From the NCBI GenBank assembly GCA_030916965.1, contig JAUPVQ010000005.1, positions 1-50,581 on the forward strand: 50,581 nt of DNA, read 5' to 3'. A program made the position numbers and the translations under genes. Shown in pieces: positions 18,765 through 28,430 of this stretch. The stretch comes from Patescibacteria group bacterium (GTDB lineage Bacteria; Patescibacteriota; Minisyncoccia; Phycocordibacterales; UBA9973). The notes under the pieces were generated by a model that saw nothing but the letters and a program-made list of their open reading frames with translations, did no database searches and was not told where the DNA came from. How positions within the stretch are numbered: the stretch's first letter is position 1; every line of letters begins with the position of its first letter.

Positions 18765-20476
18765 TACATTTTCTCGGGAGTTTGGATGCCTAGGAGATAG
18801 AGGCCGTTTTTCATTGTATTTTTAAAGGCTTCTACAAGTGCCGCTCGGTAGCCAGAATGTTGATCATCTTTGTTGACTACAAGTGTATTGCCATAGAAAG
18901 AGTTGAAGGCACTCGCAAGCTCGGTGAGATATGTAGCAATATGATGTGGCTCGAGTTCTTCGTATGAGTGAGCAACGACTTCTGGGAATTGATACAGCAA
19001 CTTCTCCAACACTGTTATTTCCTCGGGAGCATTTTCGCTATTGATTTCGATGTCTTGCTCTTTGGCCTTTTTCAAAATTGCGTTTGCGCGGACAGCTGTG
19101 TATTGCAAATACGGACCCGAATCCCCTTCAAAAGAAATCGACTTTTCAAAATCATAAATAATATCACTTCCAAGTGATGAGCGTAGTATGGAATATTTCA
19201 GCGCAGACACACCGACGATCTCGGCTACTTCTTTCTTCTCAACATCCCCCATCTCGCGATCTTTCATCTTTTCATAAACTGTATCTATTGAATCGTGGAG
19301 CAATGATTCGCCTGTAATTATATTTCCCTTGCGTGAAGACATCTTGCCAGTTGTTAGGCGCATCATACCGTGGGTAATGTGCTTCATCTTTTTCTCCAAT
19401 TCCGGATGCATTAATGAAATCGCTTTCTGAACGACTTTCATATATTCGCCTTGCTCAATCGCAGTCACCACAATAGAGAGATCCATATCAGGCTCCTTTT
19501 CGAACTTGGTCATTGTCAGGCCGATTTCTTTCGTCTCGTACAATGGTATGCCAAGTGTTGTGATAAATACACGAGTGTGCAATTTAGGATCATGCTCTTC
19601 GGCTTTGAAAACAATCGCCCCTTCACTCTCTGTGAAAACGTTCGGAATATTTGCACGGACGATCTTCTCTCCTATCGGTGCCATCACACTTTCGAAAAAG
19701 TAGTGGACAAATTTTGTACCAAGGATTTTATAAATTTCTTCAAATGCTTCAAGTGTTGCCTTCCTCCCCCAATCATAAACTTGGTTCACTTGTTCGTCGC
19801 TTCGATCATAGACTTTTTTATTGAAAGCTTCAATCTCCTTTTTCGCCTCGGGATCACTATCATAAGCATCGCTACCTTTTGCATAGCATTCTCCAATATA
19901 TAGTGCAATTTCAGATGCGGGAGCAGATTCATTGGCCGGAGGACCAGCTTTATACATACCATAAATCGCTTTTGCTACATGCATACCGACATCGCCTTGG
20001 TAATTGGCGCGGACAGTTTGCGCTCCAGAGAATTCGACAATACGTGCAATCGATTCCCCTATTGCATTGGTCATAAGGTGGCCTATGTGGAATGGCTTGA
20101 AAGGATTCGGATCTGTGTATTCCACCATAATTTTTTTACCAGTAAGGATTTTATTCTGACCCCAACTTTCTTTGTTATTCAAAATTTCTTTTACACTGTT
20201 TGTAAAAAATTCACGGGATAAATAGAAGTTGATAAACCCGGCCCCGGCAACTTCAATTTTTTCTATATCTGCAATTTTATTTTTGTTTAATTCTTCGACA
20301 ATTTTTTCAGCCAATATACGTGGATTTATTTTTGCTTGCTTGGCACAAGCCATTGCCACATTTGTAGAATAATCACCATTTTTTAAATCTGCTGGGTGCT
20401 CGAGTACAATACTCTCTATTTGTATATTGAGATTTCCTAAGGCTATTTGAATTTGTTCTTTTATTTTATCTGGCAT
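18764..20476 (-). CDS. argS: arginine--tRNA ligase
   Basis: GDYSTNVAM, AGAGFINF, EYTDPNPFKPFHIGH, KMSSRKGN, GPYLQY. Confidence 0.97.
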   Translation of the reverse strand: MPDKIKEQIQIALGNLNIQIESIVLEHPADLKNGDYSTNVAMACAKQAKINPRILAEKIVEELNKNKIADIEKIEVAGAGFINFYLSREFFTNSVKEILNNKESWGQNKILTGKKIMVEYTDPNPFKPFHIGHLMTNAIGESIARIVEFSGAQTVRANYQGDVGMHVAKAIYGMYKAGPPANESAPASEIALYIGECYAKGSDAYDSDPEAKKEIEAFNKKVYDRSDEQVNQVYDWGRKATLEAFEEIYKILGTKFVHYFFESVMAPIGEKIVRANIPNVFTESEGAIVFKAEEHDPKLHTRVFITTLGIPLYETKEIGLTMTKFEKEPDMDLSIVVTAIEQGEYMKVVQKAISLMHPELEKKMKHITHGMMRLTTGKMSSRKGNIITGESLLHDSIDTVYEKMKDREMGDVEKKEVAEIVGVSALKYSILRSSLGSDIIYDFEKSISFEGDSGPYLQYTAVRANAILKKAKEQDIEINSENAPEEITVLEKLLYQFPEVVAHSYEELEPHHIATYLTELASAFNSFYGNTLVVNKDDQHSGYRAALVEAFKNTMKNGLYLLGIQTPEKM

Positions 20477-20504
20477 TTCCTTATATTTATACTAATCACT
20501 TATA

Positions 20505-20930
20505 CTATTGATGTCCTGTACTGCCAAAACCTTTGTCACCTCTTACTGTGTCTGATAGATCGGATACTTCTACAATATCACAATCTTCAAACTTTTGTAT
20601 TATCATCTGAGCTACTTTGTGGCCTTTCTCTATTACCTGCTCTTGGTCAGTTGTGTTATACAAAGATATTATGATCTCGCCACGGAAACCGGCGTCTATC
20701 ACCCCACCCATCACCTTGAGCCCCTGCTTGAAAGATACGCTAGATTTATCCCATATCAACCCTACGTGCCCGTCGGGGATCTGCACAGCTATACCTGTAG
20801 GAACTCTCATTTGAGCATAAGGCCCAAATACCACTTGCTCAGTTGCAAAAAAGTCGATCCCTGCGTCACCGGGGTGGCCTTTTGTAGGCAGCTTGGCCTC
20901 GAGGTTCAATTTCTTAACATTCAAATTCAT
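20505..20930 (-). CDS. dut: dUTP diphosphatase
   Basis: AGIDF, KSS, GVIDAGFRGEI, VAQMI, RGDKGFGSTG motifs. Confidence 0.96.
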   Translation of the reverse strand: MNLNVKKLNLEAKLPTKGHPGDAGIDFFATEQVVFGPYAQMRVPTGIAVQIPDGHVGLIWDKSSVSFKQGLKVMGGVIDAGFRGEIIISLYNTTDQEQVIEKGHKVAQMIIQKFEDCDIVEVSDLSDTVRGDKGFGSTGHQ

Positions 20931-20973
20931 AATAAAAATATAACATAATTAGAGATCAATATACAGGTAAACG

Positions 20974-21000
20974 AAAAGGCTTGTTACCAAGCCTTTTTTT
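20974..21000. terminator. intrinsic terminator
   Basis: AAAAGGCTTG-ttac-CAAGCCTTTT. Confidence 0.75.
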
Positions 21001-21014
21001 GTTTTTAAATTTTT

Positions 21015-21392
21015 TTACCTGTTTAATACTTCAGGAAAGTAACTATTTTCAGATAGTACCTCCCTTAATGTTTTATTAGAAAACAAAACTGAATAAAATT
21101 CAGACAGGGTAAACATGTTTTTACTGTGAATCATAATTGCAATAATATCCATGCTATACATGAAAATATCCATATAACCCCAGTCGTCTTTTTCCCAAGG
21201 CCTTTCTGTTCTTTCCTTGTTTTTGGATTCATCTAGGCAATACGGACCGAACAGTATGTTGGCCATATGGGCATCTGGGCGAAAACGACTCTCAACTAAT
21301 TCAAATGCTAAGATTTGGTTGAGGTCCGCAAGGGTAAAGCCATTCACTGACATCTCTTGATTGCCGTGAATCAATATTCCTATTTTTTTCAT
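21015..21392 (-). CDS. hypothetical protein
   Basis: 125-aa ORF with an upstream TTGACA and a downstream terminator. Confidence 0.6.
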   Translation of the reverse strand: MKKIGILIHGNQEMSVNGFTLADLNQILAFELVESRFRPDAHMANILFGPYCLDESKNKERTERPWEKDDWGYMDIFMYSMDIIAIMIHSKNMFTLSEFYSVLFSNKTLREVLSENSYFPEVLNR

Positions 21393-21457
21393 AACTTTAT
21401 TTTTAAGTTTTTCTTCACCTTACGCCTATTAGCACAACTTGTCAAGTATAGTAAAAA

Positions 21458-22147
21458 TTATTTTATTTTATTTTTTACTATCTTATATACCATTTCATGA
21501 ATCTCCTCTCGGGCTAAAATTTTTTTGTTTTTCGCGCATTCTACTTTTACCCAATTCTTATGTGTCTTGGCGAGCCACAATGCGCTCTTGATAGAATTCT
21601 TTAGGAATTTTTTGTCTTTTTCATGCACGTCTTTCTTGCTACCCAAATACGCTCGGGTACCTTTGTAATCACGCTCTTTGATTAATTTTAAAACCATTTC
21701 AATTGGTAGTGATAAATATATAGTTAAGTTTGGTTCAGGGATTTTGAAGACTTTGTATTCCATCTCGGCGAGCCACTTGATAAATTCTTCACGCTTTTTT
21801 ACATTGGCAATCTTGCCCCCTTGGTGGATTTGGTTGGCAGAAATATAGCGATCCATAACAACAACATATCCTTTCTTAATAAATTTATTTATTTCATCCT
21901 TTGATTCCCATCTATCTGCCGCATACATAACTGATGCAATCTTTGGGTGAATATTGACCCAATTGTAATACTGCTCGGAAAGACAGTGCCCGATAAATTT
22001 ACCAAAAAAGTTCTCCTTGTATCTAGGAAAATGAATGAATTTAACATTATATCCTTCCTTTTTTAAACGCTTGATAAGCAGATTGGTCTGAGTAGTCTTG
22101 CCACTACCATCTGTCCCGTCTATTACTATTAGCTTCCCTTTTTTCAT
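21458..22147 (-). CDS. tmk: thymidylate kinase
   Basis: VIDGTDGSGKTTQ P-loop, FPRY, ADRW, DRY..AN..HQG. Confidence 0.93.
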   Translation of the reverse strand: MKKGKLIVIDGTDGSGKTTQTNLLIKRLKKEGYNVKFIHFPRYKENFFGKFIGHCLSEQYYNWVNIHPKIASVMYAADRWESKDEINKFIKKGYVVVMDRYISANQIHQGGKIANVKKREEFIKWLAEMEYKVFKIPEPNLTIYLSLPIEMVLKLIKERDYKGTRAYLGSKKDVHEKDKKFLKNSIKSALWLAKTHKNWVKVECAKNKKILAREEIHEMVYKIVKNKIK

Positions 22148-22173
22148 AATTCTATATTATCACAAGGTAGGAA

Positions 22174-22653
22174 TTATTGCCCACCAAGCTCTTCGAGTGC
22201 TTTTGTTGCATAGAATTTAATATTTGGAATAATCTCTGTATTATCTAAGTCTTCCTTTGTAAACCATTTCGTCTCTACCCCTTTCTCGTGGTCTAATACA
22301 GATTCTGAGACAACATCGGTGTTGCTTGTAGCGAAATAGACAAATACAACATGCTCGTGAATTTCAGTTACAGGGTGCCTACCAAAATATCTTGGTGGGA
22401 TTAAATATTTATATCCTTTATTTTTAGGATCATTTTCATCTGGACCATCTGCACTACCTGCGATTTGTATATCCAGACCCACTTCCTCTTTCACTTCACG
22501 AATAGCCGCCTGGACAGGATCCTCGTCGAGCTCAATATGCCCTCCAACAGAAAACCAATCTTTATACTTATCATGCATACGAAGAAGGACTTTATTTTTA
22601 TGAACAATAAATACTTCGGAACAAAAATCAATTTTTTCGTGAATGTGGGCCAT
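22174..22653 (-). CDS. NUDIX hydrolase
   Basis: GGHIELDEDPVQAAIREVKEEVG Nudix box. Confidence 0.93.
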   Translation of the reverse strand: MAHIHEKIDFCSEVFIVHKNKVLLRMHDKYKDWFSVGGHIELDEDPVQAAIREVKEEVGLDIQIAGSADGPDENDPKNKGYKYLIPPRYFGRHPVTEIHEHVVFVYFATSNTDVVSESVLDHEKGVETKWFTKEDLDNTEIIPNIKFYATKALEELGGQ

Positions 22654-22656
22654 CTT

Positions 22657-22989
22657 TTATAAATTCAAAATTTTAATAAATCTTTTCATTACGACAAAGC
22701 AATATCCCCACAAGAATGGCAGCCACAGTGGCATAAGCCCTAGCAAGCTATTACGAACAAAAGTTTCTACTCCAGTGCTGATAAACATGACTTCGGAGAA
22801 AATCATCACAAAAAATCCAATGAAAAATATTACAATCTCTTTTCTATCCATTTTTACAAAAAAAGAAATTAAAATAATACCAATAAATAGTGCTGTAAGA
22901 ATATAATCATTTTGAACAAATGGGATCAACCCTATCATTAAAAAAATTGGGATTGTATTTAATATTATTAATTGGATTTTATTTTTCAT
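22657..22989 (-). CDS. small 4-TM membrane protein
   Basis: hydrophobic, MPLWLPFLWG motif; start moved to the ATG at 22989 because TATAAT lies 6 nt upstream. Confidence 0.7.
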   Translation of the reverse strand: MKNKIQLIILNTIPIFLMIGLIPFVQNDYILTALFIGIILISFFVKMDRKEIVIFFIGFFVMIFSEVMFISTGVETFVRNSLLGLMPLWLPFLWGYCFVVMKRFIKILNL

Positions 22990-23023
22990 ATAAGTATTAT
23001 ACACCAATCGGTAAAACATATTT

Positions 23024-23575
23024 TTATATATATTCTTCGCAGAGTTCCTTGTATAACTCTGGTTTTACTTTTTTAAAATATTCTTCCCTTTTCACTATTC
23101 CATTGACTTCAGGTACCCCAAAAGACTTACCGAATTCTAAAATTTTATTTTGGGCATTTTGCACTTCGTCTTTGCTTTCTACCATAATCTCTACCTCGAC
23201 AACACTCAGTCCGAAATCGAGCTCATCTACGCAAATTTCAAATTCACCGTTTTTATATTTCTTTCTTTTTGTAGAGTAATCTATAAAAGGCTTCATGTTT
23301 GCATTAATGAAATCCACTAGAGGAATTTGAATATTAAAAAAGTTATTAATTTCCTCTTCTGTCTCGAGCTCCTCGGCAACACCACCCCCGCTACCCACCT
23401 TTAGTTCCCAACCACCGTTGCGATTGCGTAGGCGTGTACCCTTTTTAAACATACGATAGTCTGGGTAATCATAATAAACATCATGCAAAATCTTCTCACC
23501 AAGAAATTCCGCATCTTTAAGCATTGCGTTCAATTGCTCCTCGTTGGGTTTAAATTTTTTCTCGACTTCGATCAT
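23024..23575 (-). CDS. CYTH domain protein (thiamine-triphosphatase-like)
   Basis: IEVEKKF (ExExK), DVYYD, LRNR, WELK, EVE. Confidence 0.92.
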   Translation of the reverse strand: MIEVEKKFKPNEEQLNAMLKDAEFLGEKILHDVYYDYPDYRMFKKGTRLRNRNGGWELKVGSGGGVAEELETEEEINNFFNIQIPLVDFINANMKPFIDYSTKRKKYKNGEFEICVDELDFGLSVVEVEIMVESKDEVQNAQNKILEFGKSFGVPEVNGIVKREEYFKKVKPELYKELCEEYI

Positions 23576-24003
23576 TTATTTATTTTGCTATCGTGATAAA
23601 TTTCTTTATTTTTATAACTTTGTATTGAAAGCTTGGTCATAGAGTACAGAGGCTCTGGCAGATTATCTATTTCATACCAACCCCAGCTCTCGCACTTCTC
23701 GGGCTCTAGAACCTGTGGCTCGCCACTCTCCCAATCAGCAGTGAAAGAAATATTTACAAAATGTTTTGGTGCATAGGACAAATCATTGGCAACGTGAAGA
23801 AATTTAAGGTTATTTATTTTTACTCCACACTCTTCCAGGACTTCTCTTTTGGCGCATTCATCAATACTCTCCATGTATTCTAAGTGTCCTCCAGGAGAAG
23901 AATATTCCCCACTACCATGAGCACCTTTACGCTTACCAAGTAAAATTTTCCCGTCTTTGAAAATCACTACCCCTGTACCAACTCTTGCTTGTGGTGTTTC
24001 CAT
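23572..24003 (-). CDS. NUDIX hydrolase (NUDT15/MutT-like)
   Basis: LLGKRKGAHG.G...PGGHLE..E....CA.REVLEE and EPEKCESW.W. Confidence 0.93.
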   Translation of the reverse strand: METPQARVGTGVVIFKDGKILLGKRKGAHGSGEYSSPGGHLEYMESIDECAKREVLEECGVKINNLKFLHVANDLSYAPKHFVNISFTADWESGEPQVLEPEKCESWGWYEIDNLPEPLYSMTKLSIQSYKNKEIYHDSKINK

Positions 24004-24007
24004 ATAT

Positions 24008-24445
24008 TTATATTAAACCATTATCTACAACATACCTAATCATGTCCTTTTGGTCATATGCAATATCTAAATTCAAGGCCTCGTTTGGGTCTATCCATTT
24101 TATTTCTTCTACCTCCTCTATTTGATTCACTTTCGGTACGCCCGAAACTATCTTACAAATATGTGGCAATGCGATTCGGGAATGTTTTTTAATTGGTAAA
24201 TTATTGGTATCAAAGTATTGGCCAATAAATTTTATTACTTCTATTTCCACCCCAATTTCTTCTCGAACTTCTCTTTTCACTGCATCTTCTACCTTCTCGC
24301 CCCATTCCATCCAACCACCAGGCAAACACCAGCATCCAGGATATGTATCCATAGTACTTGCCCGCTTCTCAAGCAAAATCCGCCCCATATCATTGAGAAT
24401 GATTGCATCTACCCCTACCCATGGATGATCCTTGTTTGTATTCAT
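24008..24445 (-). CDS. NUDIX hydrolase
   Basis: WCLPGGWMEWGEKVEDAVKREVREEIG. Confidence 0.93.
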   Translation of the reverse strand: MNTNKDHPWVGVDAIILNDMGRILLEKRASTMDTYPGCWCLPGGWMEWGEKVEDAVKREVREEIGVEIEVIKFIGQYFDTNNLPIKKHSRIALPHICKIVSGVPKVNQIEEVEEIKWIDPNEALNLDIAYDQKDMIRYVVDNGLI

Positions 24446-25044
24446 AGATTAATTCCTAATTGCTTTAAATAATTTTTAAATGAATTACTGTCTGTATAAA
24501 CAAAACCATTAATACCTAAATTAATAGCACTATCAACATTCGGCTTATTGTCATCAATAAACAAACATTCTTCCGGCTTTGCCTTAATTTTATTTAATGT
24601 ATATAAAAAAATATCATCATTTGGTTTTACCATCCCTATTTCCGAAGAAATAATGATATCATCAAAAAGTGCTTTAAATTCTGGATATTCTTGGTATATT
24701 TTTCGCTCAAAAAAAGAAGAGTTGCCATTTGAAAGTAAGGCTGTCTTAAAACCACTATTTTTTAATTTTTTTATTACATCTGATAAGTTTGTATCTATTT
24801 TGAGAAAACTATCAATTTCACTGCGTAGCTCCTCTTTGGTTGAATTTACCCCTTCATATTTTGAAAAATATAGAACTATATCATCTTCTGATAAAATTCC
24901 TAAATCAAATTGCTGAAATACTTTATGAAGATTTTCATCTATTAATCCGTGCTTAAGTCTGTTTTCCTTATACCACCCATTTAACAGAGGGTCACAAATA
25001 ACCCCAAAACAGTCAAAAATAAATGTTGTAATCTTTGGATTCAT
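24442..25044 (-). CDS. HAD superfamily phosphatase
   Basis: IFDCFGV, LLSN, KP...IF, FIDD..PNV. Confidence 0.9.
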   Translation of the reverse strand: MNPKITTFIFDCFGVICDPLLNGWYKENRLKHGLIDENLHKVFQQFDLGILSEDDIVLYFSKYEGVNSTKEELRSEIDSFLKIDTNLSDVIKKLKNSGFKTALLSNGNSSFFERKIYQEYPEFKALFDDIIISSEIGMVKPNDDIFLYTLNKIKAKPEECLFIDDNKPNVDSAINLGINGFVYTDSNSFKNYLKQLGINL

Positions 25045-25047
25045 ATT

Positions 25048-26298
25048 TTATACAAAACTTTCTGGTATTGGGAATTTGGATGCTAGGGCTTTTATTTTTT
25101 GTTTTATTTCTTCTTTCTTCTCAGTGTTATCTTTATTCTTCAGAGTTTCAAGCAATAATTCTGCAACTTGTGCACAATCTGCTTCTTTGAATCCACGAGT
25201 AGTGATGGCTGGTGTACCGAATCGGATTCCAGATGGGTCCAGAGGTTTCCTAGTGTCACCTGCGATTGAATTCATATTGAGTGTAATACCCACTTCATCA
25301 AGCACTGCTTGCGACTCTTTACCAGTCACTCCTAGTGAGCCGAAAACATCGGCAAGGATAAGATGGTTGTCTGTCCCCCCTCCAATCATGCGTACATTAT
25401 TGTCTTTGAAAACTTTCTCCATTGCTTTGGCGTTACGCAAGACTTGTTGTGCGTACTCTTGATAAGCCGGTGTCATTGCCTCGCCAAATGCCACAGCCTT
25501 GGCTGCTATAGTATGCATGTGTGGGCCACCTTGAATTCCTGGAAAAATTGCTTTGTCTATCTTCTTTGCGATCTCTTCACTCTCACGAGTTAGTATTATT
25601 CCTCCACGTGGACCACGAAGTGTCTTGTGTGTTGTCGATGTAATTATATCGAAGCCATCATCAAATGGGTTACGAAGTGCCTTTGCAGCGATCAATCCTG
25701 CAATGTGTGCCATGTCGGCCATTGTGATTGCGCCCACCTCTTTTGCAATATCAACAAACTTTTTGTAATCAAGAGTTCGTGGATATGCAGAGAATCCTGC
25801 AATAATTAATTTTGGCTTTTCTACTTTTGCGACACGTAGCATATCATCGTAATCAATCTCGCCAGTCTCGGGATCCTTCATCTTGTAAGTTACGAATTTA
25901 TAAATCTTGGCAGGAAGTGTCATTGGGTGGCCATGAGTAAGGTGCCCACCATGGGATAAGTCCATGCCCATCACTGTATCGCCTGGTTCAAGTAGTGCCG
26001 CATATACAGCCAAGTTGGCAGGTGCACCAGAGTGAGGCTGAACATTGGCAAATTTACAATTAAATAGTTTGCACACACGCTCAATAGCAAGTCGCTCTAC
26101 GACATCGGTATATTCTTGTCCGCCATAATAGCGACGGCCTGGATAACCTTCGGAATATTTGTTGGTCATTATAGAACCGTTGGCTTCCAAAACAGCCTTG
26201 GAAACATAGTTCTCTGAAGGAATAAGCTCCAAACCATCTCTTTGGCGTATAGCCTCTCCAGCAATTGCATCAAAAACCTCTTTGTCGTGTGTACTCAT
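25048..26298 (-). CDS. glyA: serine hydroxymethyltransferase
   Basis: LELIPSENY, NKYSEGYPGRRYYGG, GGHLTHG, TTHKTLRGPRGG; start trimmed to MSTHD. Confidence 0.97.
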   Translation of the reverse strand: MSTHDKEVFDAIAGEAIRQRDGLELIPSENYVSKAVLEANGSIMTNKYSEGYPGRRYYGGQEYTDVVERLAIERVCKLFNCKFANVQPHSGAPANLAVYAALLEPGDTVMGMDLSHGGHLTHGHPMTLPAKIYKFVTYKMKDPETGEIDYDDMLRVAKVEKPKLIIAGFSAYPRTLDYKKFVDIAKEVGAITMADMAHIAGLIAAKALRNPFDDGFDIITSTTHKTLRGPRGGIILTRESEEIAKKIDKAIFPGIQGGPHMHTIAAKAVAFGEAMTPAYQEYAQQVLRNAKAMEKVFKDNNVRMIGGGTDNHLILADVFGSLGVTGKESQAVLDEVGITLNMNSIAGDTRKPLDPSGIRFGTPAITTRGFKEADCAQVAELLLETLKNKDNTEKKEEIKQKIKALASKFPIPESFV

Positions 26299-26372
26299 AA
26301 TTGTAAAAGTTAGATAATAATACCCGTATTTTAGCATGTTGAATAGAAAATTAAAAACTGTATAATTGGCTT

Positions 26373-27314
26373 ATGGATAAATATCATGTAGACAATATAT
26401 ATCTCGATCTTATCGAGCGAATCAAGAATGAAGGGGTCAAAAAGACAGACCGCACAGGCACAGGCACTATATCATTGCTAGGTCACCAAATGCGTTTCGA
26501 TCTTTCAAAAGGCTTCCCTCTCCTTACTACAAAAAAGGTTCCTATTAAATCTATTATTCATGAGCTCATCTGGTTTGTGCGTGGTGATACCAACCTAAAA
26601 TATCTTGCAGACAACAATGTCCACATCTGGGATGAATGGCCATACAAAGCATATCTCAAAAGGAACAACATTCCAGTACCAGCGACTGGAAGTGACGAAT
26701 GGAATACTGGCATAAAAGAATTCGTAGAGAAAATAAAAACAGATGAATCTTTTGCAAAAGATTATGGCAACCTCGGTCCAATCTATGGATACCAATGGCG
26801 CAACTGGCCTACCCCAAATGGCGAGCATGTAGATCAACTGAAAAAGGTTATCGAGGATATCAAGAACACTCCTGACTCTCGCAGGCTAATAGTCTCTGCA
26901 TGGAATGTCGCTGATATCGATGAGATGGCAAAAGCAGGTCTTCCTCCTTGCCACTGTTTCTTTCAATTTTATGTTGCCGATGGCAAACTTTCTTGCCAAT
27001 TGTATCAACGAAGTTGCGACACATTCCTCGGAGTGCCATTCAATATTGCTTCATACTCAATCTTGCTCATGATGATCGCTCAAGTTACTGGACTTAAACT
27101 TGGAGAGTTTGTCTGGACTGGGGGTGATGTGCATTTGTATTCTAATCATTTAGAACAAGCAGATATACAACTTGCTCGTCGCAACGACATCCGACCAATG
27201 CCAACCATGAAAATAAATTCTGAAATAAAAAATATTGAAGATTTTACAATCAACGATTTCGAACTTGTAGATTACAATCCCCACGATTCAATTAAAGCTC
27301 CTATAGCTGTATAA
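26373..27314 (+). CDS. thyA: thymidylate synthase
   Basis: [34 protein letters not shown]. Confidence 0.98.
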   Translation: MDKYHVDNIYLDLIERIKNEGVKKTDRTGTGTISLLGHQMRFDLSKGFPLLTTKKVPIKSIIHELIWFVRGDTNLKYLADNNVHIWDEWPYKAYLKRNNIPVPATGSDEWNTGIKEFVEKIKTDESFAKDYGNLGPIYGYQWRNWPTPNGEHVDQLKKVIEDIKNTPDSRRLIVSAWNVADIDEMAKAGLPPCHCFFQFYVADGKLSCQLYQRSCDTFLGVPFNIASYSILLMMIAQVTGLKLGEFVWTGGDVHLYSNHLEQADIQLARRNDIRPMPTMKINSEIKNIEDFTINDFELVDYNPHDSIKAPIAV

Positions 27315-27336
27315 ATGAATATTATTTAATACTCTA

Positions 27337-27366
27337 AATTCCCCTATAACCCATAGGGGAGTTTTG
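27337..27366 (+). terminator. thyA terminator
   Basis: TCCCCTAT-aaccc-ATAGGGGA then GTTTT. Confidence 0.7.
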
Positions 27367-27394
27367 TTTTCCACAGTTTTATCCTAAACCTTGC

Positions 27395-27423
27395 TTGACT
27401 TAAAAATACTTCCATACTAGTAT
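27395..27423 (+). promoter_or_regulatory. sigma70 promoter overlapped by the operator
   Basis: TTGACT-17bp-TAGTAT, 6 nt before the leader ATG at 27430. Confidence 0.7.
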
Positions 27424-27442
27424 ACTAGTATGGAAGTATTTT
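27403..27442. promoter_or_regulatory. TrpR-type operator (40-bp perfect palindrome)
   Basis: AAAATACTTCCATACTAGTATACTAGTATGGAAGTATTTT; core ACTAGTatACTAGT matches the E. coli trp operator core ACTAGTTAACTAGT; ACT/AGT repeat every 8 bp. Confidence 0.88.
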
Positions 27443-27513
27443 ATATTAGAACTAAATACACAAAGAACACTACCAACCAAATCTGGTGGAACTCATTTAC
27501 GCATATGCGTTGA
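27430..27513 (+). CDS. trpL: tryptophan attenuator leader peptide MEVFYIRTKYTKNTTNQIWWNSFTHMR
   Basis: 27-aa uORF with tandem TGG TGG at 27484-27489, directly before attenuator segment 1. Confidence 0.85.
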   Translation: MEVFYIRTKYTKNTTNQIWWNSFTHMR

Positions 27514-27585
27514 TGAGTGCCTTCCCCTACCCCTCTATTAAATAAGGAAATTACTCACCAGCGCAGAAATGCGCTTAATTTTTTT
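27491..27585 (+). promoter_or_regulatory. Trp transcription attenuator
   Basis: 1:2 hairpin 27491-27518; 2:3 antiterminator 27506-27518/27553-27565; 3:4 terminator AGCGCA-GAAA-TGCGCT 27560-27575 plus T-tract. Confidence 0.85.
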
Positions 27586-27629
27586 GTCCTTTCAAAATTA
27601 AATAAAACAAATATATTAATTATACAAAC

Positions 27630-28313
27630 ATGAAAACAATCATCTCCAACACAGAAAAAAAATGTATCGGATTTAAAAGATCTGATAATCGTTTCATCCA
27701 AATGGTAACAAATGAAAGTATTTTGGAATCAGATTTTACATTAAATGATTCAAAAAATTCTTTTTTTAGAGCCTATGATTACATCACCAAAGTAAAAGAT
27801 GGTGACGGTAAGCAATCCTACTGCCCTTTTGTCCGCTTGATTGAAAAACAAAATGGGTATTACCTGAAGTGCTATCACAAAACACTCAAAGAAGATTACC
27901 TAACAAACACTTCAACGGAACTTTTGCAAAAATTTATTGCACTATCTCCCTGTAAAACTTCGATTGATCAAAAGGTGGATACAACTACTGTGGTTGCAAT
28001 ACTTACGAATAGTAAAGCAACAACAGAAGAATCTCTTTCTCTTATGATCCAGGTCCGTGACAAAGTTAGACTCTCGTTCTTAGAGCAAGGCTTAATGATT
28101 GCGTACATGCACCCAATCCATGAGCTTGGTGGTGTAGGGAAACGTGGAAGTACCCTTCCAGAAACTCCAATGTATGTTGCAGAAATCCCTCTACTTATGG
28201 TTCGCAGAATGCACAAAGAAGACTACGTTTTCATGAATACTGAAGCTGAAAAGGAAGCATATTCAAAATACTTTTTGTCTAATACCCCTTTAAAGTGTCC
28301 ATTTCACAAATAA
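27630..28313 (+). CDS. Trp-regulated protein of unknown function, DUF6875-like
   Basis: G..SYCPFV, GLMIAYMHP and PLLMVRRM..ED motifs recall DUF6875; C-terminal CPFH; contains no Trp residues. Confidence 0.6.
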   Translation: MKTIISNTEKKCIGFKRSDNRFIQMVTNESILESDFTLNDSKNSFFRAYDYITKVKDGDGKQSYCPFVRLIEKQNGYYLKCYHKTLKEDYLTNTSTELLQKFIALSPCKTSIDQKVDTTTVVAILTNSKATTEESLSLMIQVRDKVRLSFLEQGLMIAYMHPIHELGGVGKRGSTLPETPMYVAEIPLLMVRRMHKEDYVFMNTEAEKEAYSKYFLSNTPLKCPFHK

Positions 28314-28334
28314 ATTATTTGCTCTTTTAAAAAC

Positions 28335-28370
28335 AAATCCCCCGCAAACTAAACTTTCGGGGGATTTTTT
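28335..28370 (+). terminator. intrinsic terminator
   Basis: AAATCCCCCG...CGGGGGATTT plus T-tract. Confidence 0.8.
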
Positions 28371-28396
28371 ATACTTCTATACTAGTAGGCAAGTAT
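28371..28396. promoter_or_regulatory. second, weaker TrpR-type operator upstream of trpR
   Basis: ATACTTCTATACTAGTAGGCAAGTAT, an imperfect version of the 27403 palindrome that is one 8-bp unit shorter. Confidence 0.72.
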
Positions 28397-28430
28397 TTTA
28401 ATAATTTAATTTTTGGGGTATAATACTACT

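Noticed and set aside
7149-20504. T-boxes upstream of metG, glyQS or argS
   Set aside because: Their upstream gaps are under 30 bp and lack the GGTGGnACC motif.
26640-26770. Extra segment in ThyA relative to E. coli
   Set aside because: It falls in the known variable small-domain region of longer ThyA proteins, with no intron or intein signals.
27403-27442. 40-bp palindrome as a terminator or MITE
   Set aside because: It has no loop, overlaps a promoter, matches the TrpR operator core, and has a second copy beside trpR.
28413-28430. Longer TTG-started N-terminus for TrpR
   Set aside because: This stretch contains the TATAAT box; the ATG at 28431 fits the leaderless pattern.
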